Shown here: positions 1 to 8,039 of the stretch, in pieces
Position numbering within the stretch: position 1 is the first letter of the stretch
Layout of the letters: each line of letters starts with the position of its first letter
Assembly: GCF_006345805.1 (NCBI RefSeq)
Contig: NW_021828233.1
Location: forward strand, 1-9,003
Reading direction: 5' to 3'
Source: Octopus sinensis
Taxonomy: Eukaryota
Length of the DNA stretch: 9,003 nt
Translations under genes and position numbers: made by a program
Notes under the pieces: model-generated
What the model was told of the DNA's origin: nothing
Databases searched by the model: none
Seen by the model: the letters and a program-made list of their open reading frames with translations, nothing else

Positions 1-309
1 ATGATCATGATGATAATGATGATAATGGGATGATGATGTTGACGATGGTGGTACACTTGTACTGGTGATGATGATGACGGTGTTGGTGGTGATGGTGCTT
101 GTGCTGTTGATGATGTTGATGATGAGGAGGAGGATGGCGACGACGATGACGACGATGACGACGAGCGTGATGGTGATGATGACGATGATGACGACGACGA
201 CGATGACGAAGACAATGATGATAACGATGGTGGTGGTGGTGGTGCTTGCGCTGGTGATGATGTTGATGATCATGAGGAGGATGAGGATTGCGACGACTCT
301 AGTGATTAG
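1..309 (+). repeat. Degenerate GAT/GAC/GGT trinucleotide low-complexity tract
   Basis: Runs of GAT, GAC, GGT and GAG triplets are read directly. An internal imperfect duplication lies at 94-144 vs 241-297. Confidence 0.9.
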
Positions 310-939
310 TCAAGAGTTCAACAACCAAAAGACGTAAACAAAAAAAAAAATCTTCTTTAAATCCTCTGTAATATATCAGAAATGCAAAGGCAAATAGAAT
401 CACCACGAAACATAGCACCACCCAAAGCCATCTCTTGCTTTTACTACTGCTTGTTAATGGTGAACTCCCTCAAAAGAATTTCCGACTACATTAGCTCCAG
501 GAGTCAACGCCTACTAACATACTAAACTAACCAACAGAAAAGAAGAAATCATATAAAGACACGGAAATGCATTTGTTGAGAGAGGGCAACGTATCACAAT
601 CGCTAGCCACATCCCACATGGAAAGCACTGGCAACCAATTCCCGATACATTAGCCATATAGGGCAAATTCTAACCACATGACCTGAACATAAAGATCAAT
701 CAATTACTCTAGCGACAAACACCAGAAGCCACAACGTCTGTCTCTAATCCCCCTATGACCGTACCCCCATCGCATGACCTAAGCACGAAATTCCAGTGAT
801 AGATCCTCCTAACTAGAAAGACCTAACCTTAAACTCCCCAAACACAGTTCAAAACCCTCACTCCATCTCCCGTCTATCGTTTTTTTTTTATAAAAAGAAA
901 AAAATGCCTTTACTGCGGACGAATCCATAGAACAATGAT

Positions 940-983
940 GAAAGAAAGAAAGAAGGAAGGAAACAAACAAACAAACAAAAAAA
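940..983 (+). repeat. A-rich compound tetranucleotide repeat (GAAA/GGAA/CAAA)
   Basis: gaaagaaagaaagaaggaaggaaacaaacaaacaaacaaaaaaa. Confidence 0.85.
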
Positions 984-1347
984 GCACAAGTAAAGACCAA
1001 AACTGTCGTTTTGCCGTCTTGTCATTGTTACACTCCAGTGCAACTAAAATAGAAATAACAAATATTGAAAACAAAAACACAAAAAAAAAATAAAGACAAA
1101 CCCCACCCCCATAGAAATCGATAAACAGGAATGAAAACAGAGAAACAAAAGGAAAAGCAACACAACAAAAGCCAGCGTGTAAAAAGCTGATTAGCTAACG
1201 AGAACAGCATGCCATCATAATTGGCGGGGTATCTAACCTCTTGCATATCAGCAAAGATCAAGTTAATGAGCGCTAACGGACCAAACGTAAGTGCGGAGGC
1301 TAATGAAGGCGGCTTGCAGCCAGTGAATTGAGAAGAGGGGACTTTAT

Positions 1348-1427
1348 GTTATTGTTGCAGTTGTTGCTATTGTTGTTGTGGTTGTTGCAGTTGTTGTTGT
1401 TGTTGTTGTTAGTGTTGTTGTTATTGT
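1348..1427 (+). repeat. Imperfect (TTG)n microsatellite
   Basis: Continuous ttg units with occasional gca/tta/gtg variants. Explains ORFs 1300..1539 and 1328..1630. Confidence 0.92.
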
Positions 1428-1576
1428 TTTTAATGTCATATCTATGGAATGGAGAAGGAATCTCTTGGGATGTGCCATATAATACTTGGATAGTTTTGAT
1501 GGATCGCTCGCGCACACGCACACGTTTACGTATATGCATGTGTCTGTTTATGTTTGCGAATACATATGTATATTCG

Positions 1577-1710
1577 TATATATATATATATATATGTATA
1601 TATAGAGAGAGAGAGAAAGAGAAAGAGTGAGTGTGAGAGAGAGAATGCGTGAGTGAGTGAGTGAGCGAGTGAGTGGGAAGGTCAGTGTGTGAGTTATTGA
1701 GTGAGTGAAA
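1577..1710 (+). repeat. Compound (TA)n-(GA)n-(GAGT)n microsatellite
   Basis: A TA run changes to a GA run at ~1604, then to degenerate GAGT units. Confidence 0.9.
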
Positions 1711-1820
1711 GAGAGAAGGGTGAGGAAAACAGGATGAGAGATGGAAAGGGAGATTGGATCAGATACAAACAAAATGGTGGATAGATGGATAGACAAACAG
1801 AAAGACATACAGACAGACAT

Positions 1821-1876
<56 letters not shown>

Positions 1877-1877
1877 T

Positions 1878-1936
<59 letters not shown>

Positions 1937-1953
1937 GATAGATAGATAGATAG
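1821..1953 (+). repeat. Long (GATA)n microsatellite with degenerate GACA/GATA flanks
   Basis: About 130 bp of atag units with two interruptions (gtta near 1876, ggata near 1936). Explains the YLSI-repeat ORFs. Confidence 0.97.
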
Positions 1954-2129
1954 ACAGACATGCAGGCAAAAAATGGACAAACGGACAGGCAGCCAGATAG
2001 AGAGAGAAAGAAAAGGGAGACAGACAGTGAGACAGAGAGAGTTAGATAGATAGATATGCAATTACAGATTTGAGTGAGTCAATTTCATCAAAATATGTCA
2101 CAAGAGGTGAATATCCATCTATATATGCA

Positions 2130-2225
2130 GATAGATAGATAGATAGATAGATAGATACATACATACATACATACATACATACATTACATACATACATACA
2201 TAATACATAGATACATGGATAGATA
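2130..2225 (+). repeat. (GATA)7-(CATA)n-GATA compound microsatellite abutting a putative LINE 3' end
   Basis: Seven GATA units at 2130-2157, then CATA units, ending in ggatagata at 2225. Confidence 0.93.
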
Positions 2226-2363
2226 AGTTTCTTTATTGGCCACACAGGGCTGCACACAGATGGGACAAGTTACAAGGTAGAGCTTTTCTTTTGGGGGGTG
2301 AAAAAAACAAAACACAAAAAAGGGGGGGGCGTAGGTTTTCGATCAAATGGGATCGTAAAAGGG
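2226..2363 (-). mobile_element. Probable 3' terminus (3' UTR) of a non-LTR retrotransposon, possibly L1/Tx1-like
   Basis: The minus strand reads ...gctctaccttgtaacttgtcccatctgtgtgcagccctgtgtggccAATAAAgaaact followed at once by tatctatc.../(tatg)n. The AATAAA is at 2232-2237. A small CGATC/GATCG stem lies at 2340-2355. It resembles a dispersed repeat I recall from Octopus DNA; the family assignment is unverified inference. Confidence 0.55.
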
Positions 2364-2413
2364 AAGAAAAGAACAAAAAAGTAAATAAATAAATAAATTA
2401 AAAAAATAAAAAG

Positions 2414-2486
2414 AATAAAAGTACTGGGGTCGATATAATCAGCTAACTCCCTCCTGGGATCTTGCTTGCTCTGAAAATCTGAAACC
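2414..2486 (+). mobile_element. Probable truncated 3' fragment of a cephalopod SINE-like dispersed repeat
   Basis: ataaaagtactggggtcgatataatc...aactccctcc...aaaatctgaaacc resembles a GTACTGGGGTCGAT-containing high-copy Octopus repeat end as I recall it. Not checked against a library. Confidence 0.45.
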
Positions 2487-2894
2487 TTTAATTTTTAAGA
2501 CATTATAAAATAAAATGTAACGTTTCATGACTAAAATAAAAACTAAAAAAAAAATTCTTGTGTCTGGGGATAATCATTCTCTTTTAGCGCCTTGATAATT
2601 TAACACACACACTCGTTCGATTTCCACTCATTTACTTATTTATTTACTAATTTTGAAGGCTGGGTAATGACACGTGTATTTCACAAGTGCATGTCTAAGT
2701 ATAGCTAAGGTCCAGGTGCCTGTATGGTAACTCAATAATGCCGCAAAATCGGTTGAATTATTAGATCGTTGGACAGGGAGCTTTGCGTTTCCAGCTTTTG
2801 CAAACCCATTTCAAATCGCACATAGTTCAACTTCTTTTATAACTTCCGGAATCGCTAAACAAAAATACCAGATCAGTGACAGATTTGAAACTTT

Positions 2895-2896
<2 letters not shown>

Positions 2897-2947
<51 letters not shown>

Positions 2948-2958
2948 CTCTCTCTCTC
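2897..2958 (+). repeat. (TC)22-(AC)4-(TC)n microsatellite
   Basis: Read directly. Confidence 0.95.
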
Positions 2959-3169
2959 TTTCCCTGTTTCTTTCTCTATCTTCCTCTCCGGATTCTACCA
3001 AGCGTTCTAGCCTGTACAGGTTGCATGGCTATTTTTGGTCTAAGTATTATTGCCAAGCGAAAAAGTCCGTGGGATATTCGGCCACTCACATTTGTATTTC
3101 GCATGTACTCATAATCCAGACTAACGTGGAATCCACCTACCCCAACTCCCTCCCAAAACAAAATAACTT

Positions 3170-3245
3170 CAACAACCACCACCACCACCACCACCACCAC
3201 CAACATCACAACAACAACAAACTCTACCATCACCACCACCACCAC
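3170..3245 (+). repeat. (CAC)n/(CAA)n trinucleotide repeat
   Basis: Read directly. Source of the poly-His and poly-Val ORFs. Confidence 0.92.
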
Positions 3246-3320
3246 GTGTGTATGTAACTTTTACAGATAAACAACAAGAATGGTGTAAAAAGGGGGTTTG
3301 CAAGTGCTGTATGAGAAAAT

Positions 3321-3545
3321 GTATATATATATATATATATATGTTTGCATGTATGTATGCATGTATATATCTATATATGTATGTATATATAATATAATAT
3401 ATACATATATATGTATGTATTAATATATATATATATATTATATATATATATATATACATGTATGTATGTATATATATACATATATATGTATGTTAATATA
3501 TACATATTTATTTGTATATATACATGTATATATATATATTATGTA
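3321..3545 (+). repeat. Degenerate (TA)n/(TATG)n field
   Basis: Read directly. Confidence 0.92.
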
Positions 3546-3904
3546 TGAATATTTATTAATGCGTGTCTGTGAATGCAGGGTACACGAGATAGGGGATGGG
3601 GTATTAATGACGAAATAATCTTATTTCTTATGAAAACTCGAAACTTAATTTTGAAAATAAAATTTAATAATTAGATAAATAACTAAATTATCAATCCTGA
3701 TGATGTCATTTTAATATTTTTGTATGATGTTTATGTGTTGAAATGTTGTTTTACTATTTATTTCTTTATTTTATTTTTTCTTAGTTTCACAATTCATTTT
3801 CAATTGAATTTAAATATTTTAGCGGATGTATGTGATGTGTATGAGAATCTGGGATCCTGGGGTGATGTGTATGTTTGCTTGTGCATATATGTGCGCATAT
3901 GAAG

Positions 3905-3971
3905 ACGTGTATGTGTCTGTGTAGATGTATATATATATTTACATATACATATATATAGATGTATATGTATA

Positions 3972-4006
<35 letters not shown>

Positions 4007-4071
4007 GCATATATATGTGTTGTATATATATGTATATATGTATGCATATATCCCTCTCTCTCTCTCTCTCT

Positions 4072-4108
<37 letters not shown>
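3905..4108 (+). repeat. (TA)n/(TATG)n field with an embedded (CT)n run (~4053-4071)
   Basis: Read directly. Confidence 0.92.
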
Positions 4109-4111
<3 letters not shown>

Positions 4112-4182
4112 TTATTATGCTCGTTGCCTGAATTTTAAAATTCTTTTGAATTCTATGAACACATATGCACAAATGTGTGTTT

Positions 4183-4184
<2 letters not shown>

Positions 4185-4221
<37 letters not shown>

Positions 4222-4375
4222 CACCACACGTTTCAGTTTGTATTTCTAAATATGTGGTCTATATACATGTTATATTTACCATAGACGAACATACACATAT
4301 ATGTGGGTACGTGTATGCATATATATATATATATGTGTGTGTATATATATATAATATATATATTATATATAATAT

Positions 4376-4407
<32 letters not shown>

Positions 4408-4504
4408 ATATATAACATATACTACACATAGAGCTATATATATATGTATGTATGTTTCCATACATTTACGCATATACACACATACATATATATATATTTA
4501 TATA

Positions 4505-4543
<39 letters not shown>

Positions 4544-4554
4544 TGTATATCTAT

Positions 4555-4602
<48 letters not shown>

Positions 4603-4732
4603 CTACCATAGAGCTATATATATATGTATGTATGTTTCCATACATTTACGCATATACACACATACATACTATATATATATTTATATATATGTATATATAA
4701 TATATATATAATATTATGTAGCATCTATCTAT

Positions 4733-4778
<46 letters not shown>

Positions 4779-4805
4779 TATTATATATACAATATATATA
4801 TGTAT
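4185..4805 (+). repeat. Extended (TA)n-rich field
   Basis: Read directly. Contains the 180-bp duplication listed next. Confidence 0.9.
4416..4775 (+). repeat. Two-copy tandem duplication, period ~180 bp
   Basis: catagagctatatatatatgtatgtatgtttccatacatttacgcatatacacacatacata is identical at 4427-4488 and 4607-4668. The motif ctatctt recurs at 4551 and 4729. Confidence 0.93.
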
Positions 4806-4933
4806 ATACAACCACATGTGAGGATGTTGTATGTGTTGTATGTGGGTGCGTGGGTGAGCTTCTGATGAACATTTTAAAAATGCTAAATTATTCATAAATA
4901 TAATTTTGCTGATATGCATGACGTCACGAGGTT

Positions 4934-4956
4934 GGGTAACGGGTAAGTGGGGTGGG
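4934..4956 (+). other. Canonical G-quadruplex-forming motif
   Basis: GGG-taac-GGG-taagt-GGGG-t-GGG fits G3N1-7G3N1-7G3N1-7G3. Pattern match only; folding is not shown. Confidence 0.5.
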
Positions 4957-5085
4957 TGGAGGATGTCTGTTAAAAGGTGAAAGTGGTTGTGGTGGGAGTG
5001 GAAACATTCGACAGAATTGTTAATGAGGGTGTGGTGCTAGGCGGGTAGATTTGATGGTGGATGGGCTGTAGAGGGTAGGGCTCTT

Positions 5086-5124
5086 GTGTGTGTGTGTTTG
5101 AGTGTGTGTGCGTGTGTGTGTGTG
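5086..5124 (+). repeat. Imperfect (TG)n microsatellite
   Basis: Read directly. Confidence 0.9.
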
Positions 5125-5160
5125 TATAACCGGATCTCTGATGTGAAACATGTGCTACTG

Positions 5161-5466
5161 ATAATTATAACAGTGATAGTAGTAGTAATAGCAGTAGTAG
5201 TAGTAGTAGCAGTAGTAGTAGTAGTAGTAGTAGTTGTTGTTGTTGTTGTTGTGATGGTGTTAGCTGTTTTGCTGGTTGTAGTGGAGATCGTAGAGGCTGT
5301 AGAGATAGCTGTAGTAGTAGAGGCATTAGTGCCAGTAGTATTATTAGTAGTACTACTACTACTACTACTACTACTACTTCCATTAATAACAATAATGATA
5401 ATAATAATAATAATTATTATTATTATTATTTTTATTTTTATTATCATTATTATCATAACAGTAGTT

Positions 5467-5520
<54 letters not shown>
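5161..5520 (+). repeat. Compound trinucleotide array (GTA)n-(GTT)n-(TAC)n-(AAT)n-(ATT)n-(GTA)n
   Basis: Read directly. Explains the poly-V/T/I/L/Y ORFs at 5037-5661. Confidence 0.95.
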
Positions 5521-5944
5521 ACAATAGGAGCTGCCATAGCAGGTTTGGAAGTGGTCAAGTTCATCAAGAATTTGCTGTTGGTGTTGTAGTGCTCCGACTG
5601 ATGAGGGAGTCGGGCTCTTGGTGGTTAGAATAGGGGTTGCAGGAGTAATATTTATGAGCATTGTTAATAGTTTATGCTGTTTCGTTGTTGTGTAATCATG
5701 TGATCAAAGGCATTCCAGCCGTGATTCTCTCGACTCTTTTGTTGTTGTTATTGTTTTGCAAGCAATTGTGTCTAAGGCCAAATTATCGAATAAATGACCG
5801 TTAACTTTTAATGCAGTTTCTGAGATGGTTATACTGGCAACTTTATGAACAAACTCAGTTTGCCAAACATGGTGGCCGAGTATACTTTGGTACGGTTGAG
5901 AGACCTTCTAAAACTCAGTTTCAAATGAAAGTATTTTAATGTAA

Positions 5945-5977
5945 TGTGTGTGTACGTGTTTTGTGTGCAAGTATGTG

Positions 5978-6008
<31 letters not shown>

Positions 6009-6086
6009 TGTATGTATGTATGTATCTATGTAAGTATCTATGTATGTACGTATGCGTGCATGCATGTAAGTTTGTATGTATATATG

Positions 6087-6141
<55 letters not shown>

Positions 6142-6160
6142 GTATTTTTGTATGTATATA
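5945..6160 (+). repeat. (TATG)n microsatellite, imperfect
   Basis: Read directly. Abuts the left end of the RTE fragment. Confidence 0.95.
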
Positions 6161-6177
6161 GGTATTTTTGTACGTGG

Positions 6178-6680
6178 GTATATACTCAAGATATCAGCTG
6201 TCCTCAGGACCTCTGTGTCTGGAATTCTTAAAGTCCAGCCAACATTCAGAATGTGTCTGAGACATCTGTTATGAAAGCGTTCAAGTACTCTTACATGACG
6301 TTTGTAAAGGGTCCGTGTCTCACATGAGAAAAGGAGCGATGTCAATACACATGCACGGTACATAGCAATTCTTGTTCGCCTGGTGATGCCATGCTGGGAC
6401 CAGACACGAAACTGGAGAGACCGGAAGGAATTAGTTGCTCTCTGCAGCCTGAAAGATATTTCATCGTCCAGGAAGCAAGAATGGGTGAGTGTGCGGCCCA
6501 TGTAGAGAAACCTGTCTACCATATTCAGAATTGTTCCTTCAACCAAGATAGCTGGTTCCACATATGGATTTCCTATAGCTGGCTGGAATATTACAACAGT
6601 ATTGTCCTGGCTAATGCTTTACAAGAAGCAGAAATACGATTTATGAGCATTTGAATGTCGTCCACTGTGACTAAGTGACA
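6178..6680 (-). mobile_element. RTE-clade (BovB-like) LINE ORF2 fragment, antisense half: from just after the YADD motif through the post-RT region
   Basis: Minus strand: CHLVTVDDIQMLINRISASCKA, a frame switch near 6615, then ISQDNTVVIFQPAIGNPYVEPAILVEGTILNMVDRFLYMGRTL...DDEISFRLQRATNSF...MYRACVLTSLLFSCET...LERFHNRCLRHIL...W...IPDTEVLRTADILSIY. This matches the RTE pattern KTEVMxQPAPGKPYVEP / VDKFTYLGSTL / VYRAVVLPTLLYGCETW / IPDTEVL. The homology extends ~120 bp upstream of the listed ORF start at 6561. Confidence 0.92.
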
Positions 6681-6950
6681 AACACCAGTTACGTTGGACT
6701 GGACTCATTATTAGAATGAAGGAGAGCAGGGTCCCTAAACAGGTGCCTTAAGGGAAACTTGTGAAACCAAGGCTGCGATTTTGAGGACTGTGTCAAGTCC
6801 TCATTAAAGGCCTGTGATATGCCGGAGACTGACTGGGAGAACAATGCCTGTCATCGCCAAACATGGAAGAAGAAGATTAAGGAGGGAGGTGACACTTTGA
6901 TAGAACACGTATTCAGCATGAAGAACTTAAGCGTGCTGTTCGAAAGCACA
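6680..6950 (+). mobile_element. RTE-clade LINE ORF2 C-terminal fragment, sense half, decayed
   Basis: Plus strand from 6680: KHQLRWTGLIIRMKESRVPKQVP*GKLVKPRLRF, a frameshift at ~6780, EDCVKSSLKACDMPETDWENNACHRQTWKKKIKEGGDT, a frameshift at ~6897, then DRTRIQHEELKRAVRK. This matches the RTE C-terminal pattern QLRWAGHVVRMxxxRIPKQ...RPKLRFKD...W. Confidence 0.9.
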
Positions 6951-7716
6951 CCACCCTACTCGTTATCTCGTTCCAGTTCTTCTCCATTTGGAGGTCCGGA
7001 CCGAACCAAGACCCCGAGCAACTCGACCGGGCCGTCCGTCCAGCGTCCCACGACGGAGGTGCTGGTGGAAGGCATGGGCTTGTTTCTCCAGGTGCCGAGC
7101 CGCAAGCCCACTGACTTTTCCCGGTTGATTTTCGCTCCTGTCACCGCTTCGTAGTCTTTCAGTGTCTCGCCGACCAGCTCGTGGTGCTCGTGGCTTGACA
7201 CTATGACGGTGACGTCGTCCGCGTATGCAGACACGCTCGTCCCGCATCCCAATTCTCGCGGGATGCCCCTCAGAGTCGCCAGCTTCTGCAGTAGTGGCTC
7301 GAGAGTCAATACGTATAGAAGCGACGAGAAGGGGCATCCCCGACGGACCGAAAGTGCAATGTCGGAAGGTCTCGATAGATGTCCATTTACGCGAATTACC
7401 GAACGGATACCTCTGTACAAAGCAGCTATCCGTCTGCGGAAGACGGGACCGAAACCAACGGCTCTCAGGACTGCCTCGAAGTATCGATGGTCTACCCTAT
7501 CGAAAGCTTTCGATTGATCCAAATTAATCAGGGCCCCACCCATGCCAGGTTCCTTAACTACTCTGTCTATGATATAGCGCATCAGATGGAGGTAGTCATG
7601 GATGCTCCGGTCCGGCACGGCGCACGTTTGCGCCTTGTCGACCAGTTTCTCGATGACAAGCGCAATCCTCTTGACTAACACTTTGGTCAAATTTTCAGGT
7701 CTGCATTGAGCAGAGT

Positions 7717-7719
<3 letters not shown>
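6950..7719 (-). mobile_element. L1/Tx1-like non-LTR retrotransposon reverse transcriptase fragment, truncated at both ends and frameshifted
   Basis: ITLLNADLKI, a 1-nt loss at ~7690, TKVLVKRIALV...INLDQSKAFDRVDH (KAFD at 7499-7510), SVRRGCPFSSLLYVL (degenerate QG-PLSP motif), AYADDVT (YADD at 7214-7225), GAKINREKS, LLGV, a frameshift at ~7010, then WFGPDLQMEKNWNEITSRV. The GCP-LSP-type motif and TLLNADxKI point to the L1/Tx1 group. Visibly GC- and CpG-rich compared with the flanks. Confidence 0.92.

Positions 7720-7804
<85 letters not shown>
7717..7804 (+). repeat. Perfect (GATA)22 microsatellite
   Basis: 88 bp of uninterrupted GATA directly adjoining the RT fragment. Gives the spurious YLSI N-terminus of ORF 6956..7807. 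Confidence 0.98.
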
Positions 7805-8039
7805 CACAGTGCATGAAACTTCAAGTGACGGCTTTTTAATATATGCCAGAACTACATAAACGTAACATCAAGAGTAAGCTGGTAGGCATCGTGTATTATT
7901 ATTTATGTGAGAACGTGTTGCACGCGTGTGCGTGAGAGCGTGTATGCGCAATTATAAGAAATCTGCGACTGAGTTGTTGACAATCCACTAATTTCGCACC
8001 GAGTTCTTTTTTTCAAACTGTGTTAATCTTTCACACACG

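Noticed and set aside
43-309. Stop-free Asp-rich frame (+1) resembling acidic biomineralisation proteins
   Set aside because: There is no in-frame ATG after the stops at 31-42 and no AG acceptor before ~125. GAT/GAC tracts give Asp runs automatically.
472-850. Faint CR1/L2-like C-terminal motifs in an A/C-skewed stretch (KRI..QRLLT, LN*PT, TRSH at 721-732, LNSP)
   Set aside because: The motifs are short, fall in different frames and are spaced wider than I expect. A profile-HMM or RepeatMasker search would decide; this cannot be supported by eye.
1185-1310. Cluster of TAAT homeodomain-type sites (1189-1194, 1218-1223, 1263-1269, 1300-1306) in unique sequence
   Set aside because: Four TAAT/ATTA cores in ~125 bp of AT-rich DNA is close to chance expectation, and no conservation data are available.
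2686-2705. tgcatgtctaagta matches the 5' region of 18S rRNA
   Set aside because: The match is only about 14 nt with no flanking similarity, so it is chance.
3021-3098. YYCQAKKSVG resembles an Ig-domain F-strand motif (YxCxAxNxxG)
   Set aside because: It lacks the upstream D-x-G, the conserved Asn and any partner Cys/Trp strands. There is no convincing exon structure, and the frame runs into a CAC repeat.
5592-5615. CTGATGA next to a small hairpin (CCGACT/AGTCGG), suggestive of a hammerhead ribozyme core; CTGATGA also at ~3697 and ~4863
   Set aside because: None has the required GAAA after stem II or compatible stems I and III.
5690-5740. catgtgatcaaaggcattccagccgtga may be the end of a dispersed cephalopod repeat
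   Set aside because: Only a vague recollection over a short length; a repeat-library search is needed.
6575-6654. Apparent plus-strand RTE-like peptide (SWLEYYNSIVLANALQEAEIRFMSI) that would overlap the antisense half
   Set aside because: The minus strand over the same bases gives a much better RTE match (DDIQMLINRISASCKA / TVVIFQPAIGNPYVEP), so the plus-strand likeness is coincidental.
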